Positions 17,507-27,699 of a stretch of 64,000 nucleotides of DNA are shown piece by piece. The notes beneath the pieces were generated by a model. It ran no database searches. It saw only the letters and a list, made by a program, of their open reading frames with translations, and was not told the DNA's origin. The first letter of the stretch is position 1; every line of letters starts with the position of its first letter. Both the position numbers and the translations under genes were made by a program. The DNA is from Chitinophagales bacterium (GTDB lineage Bacteria; Bacteroidota; Bacteroidia; Chitinophagales; BACL12): assembly GCA_046160675.1 (NCBI GenBank), contig JBJXHH010000117.1, positions 11 through 64,010 of the forward strand, in the 5' to 3' direction.

Positions 17507-17579
17507 TAAACAATAGTAACAGGAACACTGCGTTATTGGTACAATTTTTTGTAACAGGCAGCGCTATATAAACAGCATA

Positions 17580-19232
17580 ATGAAAAAACTGATCTTCGTT
17601 TCCCTGATCTTCTCAATTTTACAAATCCAGGCGCAAACATCAACTTCTTTTTTTAACGGCGTTTCTACCTCTACCGGCAACCTGAAACCAGAGGGCGAAA
17701 CGTATGGTATTAGTTTACAGAATGAACTGATACATATCCGGGCGCTTGATACATCAGTTTTGTATGATGTGTTGTATGAATTCAAAAATACAAATGCCAG
17801 TTATGGAAACTTTACAGTTATGCAGCCTGTAACCTTGTACTTTAATGAATTTCGCCCGGGCCTGCGCAGCGATATGCTTGCTAAACTTGCTATCGTGTTC
17901 AGTGACCTTTTTAAAGTGCAGGATCCGGGTATTGATATAAGGAAACAACTGAAAGAAAACTTCCAGGACAGGCTGTTTGTAAGAAGGTATGTAAATTCTC
18001 AAAACTTGAAAGCAATGGGAATCATTGCTGAAATCTTTAAAAATAACCAGCGTAGTCAGTATAAAAAAATTATGATTGAATTCCGCTGGATGGATGAAGA
18101 TCCTTACAACCTCACAAAAGATACTGAAGTGTTGGTGATGGAAATAAAATTTAGCACTGATTTCTCTTTCAATCCTAACGAACAATTTAATCTTCTATGT
18201 TTCATGAAACTGCCTTCAACAATTTGTGGAATCACAGAAAAACAAATTTTTGCCCCCTATCAAATTAGTTATGATAAAAACTGGGAAGGGAGTATTAAGA
18301 ACTTGTATATCCGGCATGATGCTTTTGCTGTAACCCCAGTTCTTCCTTCTTCGTATAAGTACACCACTAAATTCACAGGTGAAAAAGAACAGGTACTTAT
18401 TATAAAAAGCACTCCCCAAACTGGAAAACAACATATCGGGTTTTATGCAGTTTTAAACGACAAAAACGCATGCGGAAAAACTTCTGAAACCACGGAAAGA
18501 TTACTCATACCTTCAGCAATAAAAAACATTTCAGCATCCTCTTACACAAAGGAAAACAAACAAATTAACAATCGAAATTTTTTGCAGACAAACGAAGTGA
18601 TCGTAAGTGACAGCATAAAAACTTATCAAACAGGAAACCCTACTGATCTTGATTTTCTTGCGAAAGATTTTCGCCCGAAAGCTTATCCATCTGAACTGAA
18701 TAGCTTGCTTAAAGCCGGTTGCAAGAATGGAATTTTAGAGCTCAATCTTCAGCAAAGCGGACACCCCGCCTACGCTTTTGATGTCAGCAATTTTAATGAA
18801 AATGATACTACCAACTGGGGTAAACAAAACCTGCAAATGCAAACCTGCTGGTGTGAAGGGGCTGAAGGAACCGGCGAAGGAGAATATATTGAATTTGAAC
18901 TTATGCAGCCTGTGAGTTTCGTAAGAATTTATAATGGGAACTGGTATGATGATAAAACATTTACTGATGGAAGCAAACCAAATATTATACGTTTTCACTC
19001 AGTAGATAACCTGTTTGAAGACAAAAAATTTTCCATCATCGACCTGAAAATTCAAAACCTATACCCCATCGCCCTCCAACCCGGTAAGTATCGGATTTAC
19101 ATTGATGACGCAGATGCAGGGAAAGTGGAAAACAGTTGTATCTCTTCTATCAGTTTCGGTTTTGACATGCAGGATGATTGGTACAAGAAAAGCATGAATG
19201 TTCTGGAGAATGTATATAAGAAGCCGAAATAA
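17580..19232 (+). CDS. Hypothetical secreted protein with a C-terminal discoidin-like (galactose-binding-like) module
   Basis: 550 aa with signal peptide MKKLIFVSLIFSILQIQAQ. The C-terminal segment AFDVSNF...TCWCEGAEGTGEGEYIEFELMQPVSFVRIYNGNWYDD..F...SKPN resembles discoidin/NADase-type glycan-binding modules. The N-terminal part is faintly DUF4424-like, from memory only. Confidence 0.5.
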   Translation: MKKLIFVSLIFSILQIQAQTSTSFFNGVSTSTGNLKPEGETYGISLQNELIHIRALDTSVLYDVLYEFKNTNASYGNFTVMQPVTLYFNEFRPGLRSDMLAKLAIVFSDLFKVQDPGIDIRKQLKENFQDRLFVRRYVNSQNLKAMGIIAEIFKNNQRSQYKKIMIEFRWMDEDPYNLTKDTEVLVMEIKFSTDFSFNPNEQFNLLCFMKLPSTICGITEKQIFAPYQISYDKNWEGSIKNLYIRHDAFAVTPVLPSSYKYTTKFTGEKEQVLIIKSTPQTGKQHIGFYAVLNDKNACGKTSETTERLLIPSAIKNISASSYTKENKQINNRNFLQTNEVIVSDSIKTYQTGNPTDLDFLAKDFRPKAYPSELNSLLKAGCKNGILELNLQQSGHPAYAFDVSNFNENDTTNWGKQNLQMQTCWCEGAEGTGEGEYIEFELMQPVSFVRIYNGNWYDDKTFTDGSKPNIIRFHSVDNLFEDKKFSIIDLKIQNLYPIALQPGKYRIYIDDADAGKVENSCISSISFGFDMQDDWYKKSMNVLENVYKKPK

Positions 19233-19243
19233 AACTTTTTCAG

Positions 19244-20965
19244 TTAATATTTCTTCCCGCTTTTTTTCTTGCCATCAAGCTGTTTCTCTTTTTTCGGATA
19301 ATCCCCTTCCTCACCCGATGAACGTTCTACCCTAATAAACCTTCCTTTGTATTCTGTACCATGTAAGCTCTTGGTAATAATTTTTGCAACCTCGGGTTCA
19401 GCCTCAAAAAAAGTATAAACACCTTTCATATTAATACGCCCGATGCGTTGGCCTTTCACCCCACTACGATCATGTACAAGAGATAAAAATTTGGGAAGAT
19501 CGAAACCATCTCTTTTCCCGAGATTTATAAAAAGTTTTTCGCCTGTTGCATAACGGCTTTCGCTGCTGAATTTTTCTTTCCTGTCAAATTTTTTCCTTCC
19601 ATCTCTTTCATACCTGTCATGTGTAGTACTTTCCCTTTCAAACACATTCAGGTCATCTTTATCTCTGTAATAATCCAACAGGTGATTGAATTCCAATGAT
19701 GTAAATCGCTTTATGATATCTTCTTTTTCCAGCGACATGAGTTCTTTATATACAGCCGGTAAAAGTGGTTTTATCTCGTCTTCATTGATATGTACTTCCT
19801 TGATCCGGCTCACAAGATTGAGGAAAAGTTTCTTACAAACTTCAGTGCCGGTTGGAATGCTAACTCGTTCAAATTCTATCTTATTTATCTTTTCTATCTG
19901 CCTGATCTTATAAAGTTCTTTTTTTGTTACAAGTGCAAGAGATATACCCCTGCGCCCTGCCCTTGCTGTACGCCCACTGCGGTGTAAGTAGTTCTCAACC
20001 TCGTCAGGAAGATTCACATTAATCACATGGGAAATATTATCAACGTCGATACCCCTTGCAGCCACATCTGTAGCTACTAAAGCCTGCAAGGTCTTATCTC
20101 TGAAACTTTTCATTACGGCATCCCTCTGGTTTTGAGAAAGATCTCCATGCAGGGAATTTGCATTATAACCATCTTTCATGAGTTTATCAGCAACATGCTG
20201 TGTATCTGCTTTTGTTCTGCAAAACACAAGGCAAAAAATATCAACATTAAAATCCAGAACTCTTTTTAGTGCTTCATACCTATCTTTTTCCTGCACTAAC
20301 ATATATTGATGTGTAATATTCTCATTTCCTTTCTGTAAGCTTCCTGCACTTATCTCTACAGGCTCATGCATGTAATTTTTAGAAATGGAACGCACTTCTC
20401 TCGGCATGGTTGCTGAAAACAACCATACATTTTTCTTCTGTGGTGCAAATGAAAGAATAGTATCGATATCCTCTTTAAAACCCATGTTCAGCATTTCATC
20501 TGCTTCATCCAGTATAAAATACTGAATAGCTGAAATATTCAATGCTTTGCGTTCCATCAGGTCAATTAATCTACCCGGTGTGGCCACAACTATCTGTGCA
20601 CCCTTCCTAATCTTTCTTATTTGCTCACTTATGCTCGCCCCTCCGTAAACCGGTACTATGTTAAACGGTTTAACATTCTCGCAGTACCGGATCATGTCTT
20701 TGGTTATTTGCATGCACAATTCACGGGTGGGCGCAAGAATAAGTGCCTGTGTATGTTTATTCTTTTCAGTACAAAGATCAATGAGAGGCAGCCCGAAAGC
20801 GGCTGTTTTTCCTGTTCCTGTTTGCGCCAGGGCTACAAGATCGCTTTGTTGCTGCAATAAAACCGGAATTACTTTTTCTTGTATGGGAGTTGGTGTAACG
20901 AAACCTAACTGTGTAATATTTTTTAAAATCTTTTCACTTAACCCAAGCTTTTCAAATGATAACAT
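19244..20965 (-). CDS. DEAD-box ATP-dependent RNA helicase with a DbpA-type C-terminal RNA-binding domain
   Basis: The helicase motifs are present: AQTGTGKT, PTRELC, DEAD (ILDEADEML), SAT (FSATMP) and HRSGRTARAG. The C-terminal part reads LFINLGKRDGF...RIGRINMKGVYTFFEAE and ends in a Lys-rich tail. Confidence 0.9.
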   Translation of the reverse strand: MLSFEKLGLSEKILKNITQLGFVTPTPIQEKVIPVLLQQQSDLVALAQTGTGKTAAFGLPLIDLCTEKNKHTQALILAPTRELCMQITKDMIRYCENVKPFNIVPVYGGASISEQIRKIRKGAQIVVATPGRLIDLMERKALNISAIQYFILDEADEMLNMGFKEDIDTILSFAPQKKNVWLFSATMPREVRSISKNYMHEPVEISAGSLQKGNENITHQYMLVQEKDRYEALKRVLDFNVDIFCLVFCRTKADTQHVADKLMKDGYNANSLHGDLSQNQRDAVMKSFRDKTLQALVATDVAARGIDVDNISHVINVNLPDEVENYLHRSGRTARAGRRGISLALVTKKELYKIRQIEKINKIEFERVSIPTGTEVCKKLFLNLVSRIKEVHINEDEIKPLLPAVYKELMSLEKEDIIKRFTSLEFNHLLDYYRDKDDLNVFERESTTHDRYERDGRKKFDRKEKFSSESRYATGEKLFINLGKRDGFDLPKFLSLVHDRSGVKGQRIGRINMKGVYTFFEAEPEVAKIITKSLHGTEYKGRFIRVERSSGEEGDYPKKEKQLDGKKKSGKKY

Positions 20966-20981
20966 TTTTGCTGATAAGTAG

Positions 20982-20989
20982 CAAAGGTA
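20982..20989 (-). promoter_or_regulatory. Candidate -7 box TACCTTTG for the helicase gene
   Basis: Exact TAnnTTTG match, 16 nt upstream of ATG 20965. Confidence 0.4.
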
Positions 20990-21050
20990 AGGAATATACT
21001 AAAGATGAGTGATTTATGCAAAATACCAATTGTACAAAGAAGGTGCAGAA

Positions 21051-22088
21051 TTACTTATTTTTCATCACCCAGGCATCAGATATGCCTGAAGCATCTGCAA
21101 AAGATTGACGGTACTTTACAAGGTTTTCATTAACGGGTATTGCTAGTGCAATCATATAGTTTCCATTCTTTGAAATGATCTCAGGCTGGAAATTTTTTTC
21201 ACGGAGTTCTGAAATAATTACTTCGGCATATTCTATTTTGCCATACACTCCTGCAATAATAGAGTAAGTTGATGATTGGCTTGTTAAAATAACTTCCTCT
21301 TGAACTGGTTTAGGAATAAGCTTCTCAATTTGAATTGTATCAACAAGAAGAGTTGAATCAATTATAGGAATTTCGACAGGGCGATAATTTTGAATAAAGG
21401 TTTTATTGAGTTGTAAGTTTGGTTGAACAACCTGACGGGCAATAAATTCTTTTTTACTGAACAACCCTTGCAAATCCATCAACTCTGAAAGGTTATATCC
21501 TTTTTTTCCGGACTGCAGGAATATTTGCAATCCGATTAATGCAAGTAAAATTGACGCAGCAACAGGAATCCACCTTTTTACTTTTTGTTTCTTTTCCGGA
21601 ACTGGTTTCAGATGTCCCGGTTCGATATGTTTGATTACAGTACCTTTCCTGGTGATGGGGTCAGCGGTGAAATTGTAAAGCCCGAATGCTTCCTGCAAAT
21701 AGTTTTCAGTAGCATCAGGAACAAATTGCGGGTTTCCTTCAATATCGTGCATGAGCCTCCCGATATGTTGCAACTTATAAATTTGATTTTTTGCTAAGGT
21801 TATTTGTACATCATCAACAAAGTTTTTGATCTGTATTTCAGCCTCTAATGGGGAAATATGCTCTTCGGCAACCAACTGATATTGCAGTAAGCCATCATTA
21901 TGTTTCAGATTGATGTTAAAGGCTAAAGATTTCGCAGGACTATTAAAAATGTAAGAAACCGGATGCATTTTAGCGGATTGATAATTTGCTACAAATCCAC
22001 CCAATCCTGGAACAATTACACAATTGTGATCAAAAAGTAACTTACTAATATGTTTAACAACAGTTTCCAATTTTCTTATGCGGCTCAA
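21051..22088 (-). CDS. HU-CCDC81-like N-terminal domain / TM segment / C-terminal SPOR-domain protein
   Basis: The N-terminus is ISKLLFDHNCVIVPGLGGFVANYQSAKMHP. There is a central TM helix (WIPVAASILLALIGLQIFL) and a C-terminal SPOR-like segment (YSIIAGVYGKIEYAEVIISELREKNFQPEII.KNGNYMIAL). The start is TTG; no in-frame ATG is nearby. Confidence 0.7.
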   Translation of the reverse strand: MSRIRKLETVVKHISKLLFDHNCVIVPGLGGFVANYQSAKMHPVSYIFNSPAKSLAFNINLKHNDGLLQYQLVAEEHISPLEAEIQIKNFVDDVQITLAKNQIYKLQHIGRLMHDIEGNPQFVPDATENYLQEAFGLYNFTADPITRKGTVIKHIEPGHLKPVPEKKQKVKRWIPVAASILLALIGLQIFLQSGKKGYNLSELMDLQGLFSKKEFIARQVVQPNLQLNKTFIQNYRPVEIPIIDSTLLVDTIQIEKLIPKPVQEEVILTSQSSTYSIIAGVYGKIEYAEVIISELREKNFQPEIISKNGNYMIALAIPVNENLVKYRQSFADASGISDAWVMKNK

Positions 22089-22096
22089 ATATCAAT

Positions 22097-22104
22097 CAAA
22101 TTTA
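22097..22104 (-). promoter_or_regulatory. Candidate -7 box TAAATTTG, 8 nt before the TTG start of the SPOR-domain gene
   Basis: Exact TAnnTTTG match on the minus strand. Confidence 0.3.
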
Positions 22105-22150
22105 ACGGATATTTAAACTCAATTCAAGAGTTGTGGAAAACCTGTGAATA

Positions 22151-23770
22151 TTAAAATGAGAATGAAATTCCGCCAATTGCCTGAAACCCATAACTGGGGT
22201 AGTTAAAGAAGCGTTGGTATGTATAACCTGCTATGTTATTCAGATTAACGAAAATATTAAAGTACTTTGAATAAGTATACATAGCATGAAAGTTAAGGTC
22301 AACAGTTCCATCTATCGTTTCTACAACATTACTGGGGAGAAGGGCATAACTTTTATTCACACCAAAAATGTCAATCCCTGCCTGCAGTTTTTTGTTGAAA
22401 TGATATGCAGTACTCAACGTCCATTCCAAAGTAGGAATGTGCCAGGGTTTTTCAAATTCTTTGATCTCAGAAAAAGTGAATGCATTAACAGCGCCCATAA
22501 TACGCAGCTTCCCTGCCGTGAAATAACTCAGTTCAACGTTAACTCCTGTCATCTTCGCATCAGAATATTCTACAACAAAACGTTTTAGGTCTAAACTGTC
22601 ATTTATAAAGAATGATAGGTCGTAAACATCTTTCAGGTATCCTTTTATATTGAATGAAAAATTTCCGTAGGTGGAGCCTCTTATACCCCCGTAATATTCA
22701 TAAAAAATACTTTTCTTAAAATCAATTGTGTCTCCTAGAAAAGGATTTTCGTCTGTCAGTCCTTTAAAGGAATTTCTTTGTAAATAGGAATGCGCTCCAA
22801 CTACAAATACAAGTTTTTCGCCTATCAGGTCTTTAGCAAATTCTACATCTGGCAGAGGTTCAAATTCGCCCGCATCATCTACATTAAACTCAAATGCAGC
22901 CTGAAGACTCCAATCATCCTGCATGATATTATAAAACGGTTTTACGCCTATGATTGTATTTTTATAATCGATCGGCCCGTTGTACTGGTAATGATCAACC
23001 AACAAGGTTCCCCCATAGGAATGCCCGTCTTGTTCCTCATTAGGTCGTTTCACCCAAATAGAAACAAAGGGGTTTAGTTCACTATATTTTTGAATATCAC
23101 TAATTCTTGAAAAACCACCATTGATCTTGTAATCAGTTTTTAAGCTATTCTCCGTAATGTTTTCTACACCGAGATTCAATCCAAAATTTTGAAACCGTTG
23201 TTTTACATCTATCGCCTTATAATTTTCAACCTCTTCATCGTACCCGTAATAATGTAAAACATCATTTGTATAAAATACATTTATAGGCATGGTTACTTCT
23301 TTATTGAAGAAGAATTTTGCCGAAGCTCCAAGATCAATATCGCTGTAATCCTGGTTCTCTCTTTTGCCATTAGAAGATATATATTGCCCGTGGATTCCGA
23401 GTTTATATTTATCAGATTGTTTTGAATTGAAATAGGCTTCCAGCAAGGGCGTTGTTTGTGTACCGAAACCTGCCTTCACATATAAATTATCCAGGTCTTG
23501 GGGTGGTTCTTTGGGCAGAGCGATAGGATTTACCTTCAAAGGCCTGTAAGGAACTTTAAATAAATCAGTTTTTATATTGTAAGAAAGTGTATCCGGTTTT
23601 GAAGTTGTTTTTGGAATTTCTCCTTGAACATTCACTTTTACTGCATCGCCAAGAATGGGATTATAACCCACTACAACATCCACTTCTTCTGAGCCAACCT
23701 GGGCAAGTAGGGGATGAAATAAAAGATTCATGATCAAAAAACAAACAATGATTTTTAAATTCTTCAACAT
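22151..23770 (-). CDS. Putative outer-membrane beta-barrel protein (uncharacterised family)
   Basis: 539 aa with signal peptide MLKNLKIIVCFLIMNLLFHPLLAQ. It shows an alternating amphipathic strand pattern with many aromatic girdle residues and a C-terminal ...GGISFSF ending in Phe, typical of OMPs. Confidence 0.6.
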   Translation of the reverse strand: MLKNLKIIVCFLIMNLLFHPLLAQVGSEEVDVVVGYNPILGDAVKVNVQGEIPKTTSKPDTLSYNIKTDLFKVPYRPLKVNPIALPKEPPQDLDNLYVKAGFGTQTTPLLEAYFNSKQSDKYKLGIHGQYISSNGKRENQDYSDIDLGASAKFFFNKEVTMPINVFYTNDVLHYYGYDEEVENYKAIDVKQRFQNFGLNLGVENITENSLKTDYKINGGFSRISDIQKYSELNPFVSIWVKRPNEEQDGHSYGGTLLVDHYQYNGPIDYKNTIIGVKPFYNIMQDDWSLQAAFEFNVDDAGEFEPLPDVEFAKDLIGEKLVFVVGAHSYLQRNSFKGLTDENPFLGDTIDFKKSIFYEYYGGIRGSTYGNFSFNIKGYLKDVYDLSFFINDSLDLKRFVVEYSDAKMTGVNVELSYFTAGKLRIMGAVNAFTFSEIKEFEKPWHIPTLEWTLSTAYHFNKKLQAGIDIFGVNKSYALLPSNVVETIDGTVDLNFHAMYTYSKYFNIFVNLNNIAGYTYQRFFNYPSYGFQAIGGISFSF

Positions 23771-23785
23771 AGGAAAAATATCTTT

Positions 23786-26700
23786 TTACTTATTATCAAA
23801 TTCTAACTCTTCCACCCCTTCTTCATCGCCAGTGTTATCATTATGCTGCAGGCGCTGATTGCTTTTTTCCATTTCTTCCACCTGTTCCAGTTTTTGTTTT
23901 GCCAGTTCAATCAATGCAGGGTCGCCTTCGTAATTATCAATAATACTGTTCAGGGTTGCTTTTGCCTGGGCATAATCCCCTTTTGCTGCAGAAATATCAG
24001 CTAGTAAAATATAACTTCGTATCACCCATTCCTCATATGCGGGCATGTCATTAATTATTTCAAGGCATTGTTTCTTTGAATCTTCTAATTTTCCTTTCTG
24101 AAATAATATATCCGCCATCAGGAACCTTGCTTCCACTCCCTGTTCATTTGTTGTTAAATCAGCTGTTTTCTTAAAGGCATCATAGGCTTTATCAATGTTG
24201 TTTTTTTCAAGCCATGCTTTACCCAGGTAATAATTTGCTTCAATACGTTCAGTGTTTGTTACCAGGTCAGATTGCAGGATCCTGTTTGCATTCGTAATCA
24301 CATCATCATAATCATTCAGGAAATAAGAAGTTCTGAGCAAACCTTTCATGGCTACAAAAGTGTTTTCTTTATAATCAGCAACGTCATATAATTTGCCATA
24401 ATATTCATTTGCGGTTTTATAATCCTGCTTTTGATAATATGCTATCCATGCCGCCCTTAGTAAAGATGATTCGAGGAATTGTTTTTTGTTCTCATCAATG
24501 ATCACTTCATAATCAGGTAAGGCTTTCAGATAGTCTTCTTGTTTAAAATAACTTTCAGCCCGGTAGAAATAGGCATTTATTCTAAAGTATCCCTTTGCGA
24601 ATTGTTTCAGGTATTCGCTGTATGCAGGAACTGCGTCTTTATAATTTCCTGCATCGTATTTATTTTGAGCAGCATAATATAAAATGGAGTCTTTCTCTGA
24701 TTTTGTAACAATATCATCAATGCCACTTACATCGCCGGTTTTTGTAGCTATATCTTTCAAAGCATCTTTGGCTTCAGCCCCTTCAGCACTGTTGGGTGAG
24801 AGTTCATAAGCGGTTTTATAATATCCTTCTGAGGTTTCATACTCGCCGAGGTTATAATAAATCAAACCAAGTTTCAAATATGCTTTTACCGTGTAATTAC
24901 TGTTTGGTTTATCAGAAAGTAATTTTTTAAACCCGTTTATCGCATCCTGGTTTTTCCCGGTAATGAAATAAGTATTTGCGGATTCATACATCGCATCATC
25001 AACATAGATAGATGTAGAATATTTACTAACCAACTGCCCCATGCTGGAAATTTTGGATGTATATTCTTTCTGTAAGCCATGTAACATCCCTTTCTGAAAC
25101 AACGCATAATCTGACCCTTTATAATTATTGTCAATGATTTTAGCATAATTACTTTCTGCTTTTGCATAACTCTTGGTCATGAAGTAACAATCTGCAAGGC
25201 GCAGGGTAGCATCAAGGGCTATATCGTTTTCCTGCGTAGCAGTTCTTCCAACCTTAAGAGATTGTGTAGTTTTTTCAAAATATTTTAATGCATTTGCATA
25301 ATTTTTTGTCTTAAAATATGCGTAGCCAATGGTATAATTTGAAAAGGCATTTGTAGTTTCTTTCGGAAGGTTTTTTGCAACCTTTGCTAAGTCCTGGAAT
25401 TTTAAATGATCGCTGATTGCAAGCTGGAATTTTTCCCTGCTATAATCAATTTCGCCAAGCCAGAAATGGCAGGCAGCGTATAGCGCATCATCAATTTTAT
25501 TATCAAGAGATTTTGAGAACATTTTATCCGCTTCATTATAATCGCCCTCATTAAACAATTGAACTCCTCTGAAATAAGTAACTCTTTGATAAGCAGATTT
25601 TAACTTGGGGCTTTTGTCAGGAATGTTGTCTATCACTTCTATTGCTTCTGTGTAGTCATTAGAGTTAAGAAGTGATTCTGCAAGAATTTCCTGAGCTTCG
25701 GTTTTATTAGATCCTTTAGGATATTTTTTCAGATAATCAGTTAATGCTGTAACAGCAGCTGGATAATATTCCAACTCATAAGATAATTTTCCATAATTGA
25801 ACAATGCATTTTCCTGCACTTTCTTATCAATGTCGGTTCTTGATGCTTCCATAAAAGCATTTCGGGCATCTTCTTTCTTTTTCAGTTTTATATAGCAGTC
25901 GCCCAACACAAACATGCTTTGCTGAGTGAGTGTATCATTATCACCGCTTGATCGTTCGAGGCTTTCAACGGCGCTTTTATAATCATTGAGCCTGTATTGT
26001 GCATACCCAAGTTGGTAATAGTCTTCAGCCCTTTCATTGCGGCTTTTTTCAATATAGTACTGCAAGTAAGGCAAGGCTTTTTTGTAATCTTTTTTATAAA
26101 AATATGCTTGCCCGATCAGTTGATTTATTTCTTCATAATAACTCAGTTTAGTGTTTGACATGAGAGGCTCAGCATAATTTATCAACTCATCATACTGCCC
26201 CTTCTGATAATAAATGTTGCAGATATAATAAGGAATTACCAGTGCATATTTTTCTTCATTCTGCACCCGCTGAAAATATTTCAGAGCCTCGTCATAATGC
26301 CCGTCATAATATTCAATGAAACCATAGTAATAATTGGTTGGGTAATAGTAGGGCCCTTCTTTTTCCCGTAATTGCAAGAATAATTTTTTTGCTTCCTCTA
26401 ATCTCTTTTTAGTAAATAAACAATAGGCATATTGAAACCTGTATTTATCCACTTCATCTTTGTCAAGGTCATAAATATCCACCTTGTCATACCATTCAAG
26501 GGCATCAGTAAATTGTCTTTTTTTAAAATAAATATTTCCAAGTTGAAAATAGGCAGCACCCATTACCGGGTTGCCGGGATACTCATGAATAAAATCCAGC
26601 ATGAGCCTTTCAGCATCAGGATTGTTCAATTCAATGGCGCAAATGGCCGCATAGTACACAGCGTAAGTTTTATAAATAAAGATTTCTTCTTTTGCCTCAT

Positions 26701-26899
26701 CGGGAATTTGAGCTGCAGCCTTGTCAAAAAACACTTGCGCAGTTGCATATTTTTTTTGCTCAAAAAGTTCAAGCCCGGTTTTATAATCCCTGTAAGAGTC
26801 AGTATAAATGAATGATTGCTGTGCCTTTATTTCAGTTGGCAAACAAATTAAAACACATAAGTAGAAAAAAAAATTTACAACTTGTTGTTTCATCTGCAT
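23786..26899 (-). CDS. Very large tetratricopeptide-repeat protein, secreted
   Basis: Trimmed to ATG 26899 (ATG 26893 is equally possible), giving signal peptide M(QM)KQQVVNFFFYLCVLICLPTEIKAQQ. TPR-like units run throughout its ~1030 aa. The stop is 15 nt from the start of the beta-barrel gene. Confidence 0.85.
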   Translation of the reverse strand: MQMKQQVVNFFFYLCVLICLPTEIKAQQSFIYTDSYRDYKTGLELFEQKKYATAQVFFDKAAAQIPDEAKEEIFIYKTYAVYYAAICAIELNNPDAERLMLDFIHEYPGNPVMGAAYFQLGNIYFKKRQFTDALEWYDKVDIYDLDKDEVDKYRFQYAYCLFTKKRLEEAKKLFLQLREKEGPYYYPTNYYYGFIEYYDGHYDEALKYFQRVQNEEKYALVIPYYICNIYYQKGQYDELINYAEPLMSNTKLSYYEEINQLIGQAYFYKKDYKKALPYLQYYIEKSRNERAEDYYQLGYAQYRLNDYKSAVESLERSSGDNDTLTQQSMFVLGDCYIKLKKKEDARNAFMEASRTDIDKKVQENALFNYGKLSYELEYYPAAVTALTDYLKKYPKGSNKTEAQEILAESLLNSNDYTEAIEVIDNIPDKSPKLKSAYQRVTYFRGVQLFNEGDYNEADKMFSKSLDNKIDDALYAACHFWLGEIDYSREKFQLAISDHLKFQDLAKVAKNLPKETTNAFSNYTIGYAYFKTKNYANALKYFEKTTQSLKVGRTATQENDIALDATLRLADCYFMTKSYAKAESNYAKIIDNNYKGSDYALFQKGMLHGLQKEYTSKISSMGQLVSKYSTSIYVDDAMYESANTYFITGKNQDAINGFKKLLSDKPNSNYTVKAYLKLGLIYYNLGEYETSEGYYKTAYELSPNSAEGAEAKDALKDIATKTGDVSGIDDIVTKSEKDSILYYAAQNKYDAGNYKDAVPAYSEYLKQFAKGYFRINAYFYRAESYFKQEDYLKALPDYEVIIDENKKQFLESSLLRAAWIAYYQKQDYKTANEYYGKLYDVADYKENTFVAMKGLLRTSYFLNDYDDVITNANRILQSDLVTNTERIEANYYLGKAWLEKNNIDKAYDAFKKTADLTTNEQGVEARFLMADILFQKGKLEDSKKQCLEIINDMPAYEEWVIRSYILLADISAAKGDYAQAKATLNSIIDNYEGDPALIELAKQKLEQVEEMEKSNQRLQHNDNTGDEEGVEELEFDNK

Positions 26900-27117
26900 C
26901 AGTTTACAAAATAATGTATGTAAGGTGCAATAGTTCTCCGTTTTTATTGCTTTTTGCAAAATTGCCTTCACTTTAATTCCGGCCATGCTACAATTGTGCC
27001 GAAGTTAGGACATATTTGATGTATACACTCAGCATCTTGTTTGAAATCAACTAACAGGAATATGTTGATAAGGAACGCTGGAAGCCTTTAAAATATTTGA
27101 TTTACAGGAGTTATTTT

Positions 27118-27615
27118 TTATACACTTTCGGGCATGTTGTTTTCGCCATGATCTTTCTCATGTAATTTTAGATCTGCATAATAAAACCATCTTCCGCCGA
27201 TTTTAGCAGCAGTGAAAGAAATTTTTCGATTTACTTCTCCTTGTTTAAATTTTGTAGTTACAGAAGAAAAAGTCACACTCTCTTCTTTCGCTGTTTGACT
27301 ATTTGTATTCAAATAAGTAGAACCATACCAATCTGAAATATTGCTTCTCACCGCTTTAAAATCTGTTTCACACTGGATAAGAAAAGCATCAAACTGTTTT
27401 TCTACATCGCCGTTGTCGTCTTTCCCCTGTAGGGCAAGAATTTTTTCAAATCCGGATTCATTAGGTATAATTTCTCGAAGCCCTCCAAAATCATCATCCC
27501 TAAGTGACTCAAAAACTTTTTTGGAGAGGGTGTCAATTTCAACAGTTCCTTTTTGAGAGGTACAGGAATAAAATAAGCAGAAGCAGGCTAAGAAGTAATG
27601 TGTGGTTCTGTTCAT
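27118..27615 (-). CDS. Hypothetical lipoprotein
   Basis: 165 aa. The signal MNRTTHYFLACFCLFYSC-TSQ has a lipobox-like Cys. No family was recognised. Confidence 0.6.
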   Translation of the reverse strand: MNRTTHYFLACFCLFYSCTSQKGTVEIDTLSKKVFESLRDDDFGGLREIIPNESGFEKILALQGKDDNGDVEKQFDAFLIQCETDFKAVRSNISDWYGSTYLNTNSQTAKEESVTFSSVTTKFKQGEVNRKISFTAAKIGGRWFYYADLKLHEKDHGENNMPESV

Positions 27616-27632
27616 AGTTAGAAATTAGCTGT

Positions 27633-27640
27633 CAAATATA
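27633..27640 (-). promoter_or_regulatory. Candidate -7 box TATATTTG for the lipoprotein gene
   Basis: Exact TAnnTTTG match, 17 nt upstream of ATG 27615. Confidence 0.4.
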
Positions 27641-27699
27641 TTTACATTTTAGAAGGAAAATCTAAATAGAGTAAGAAAATTTGATTCAATTTGCATCTT

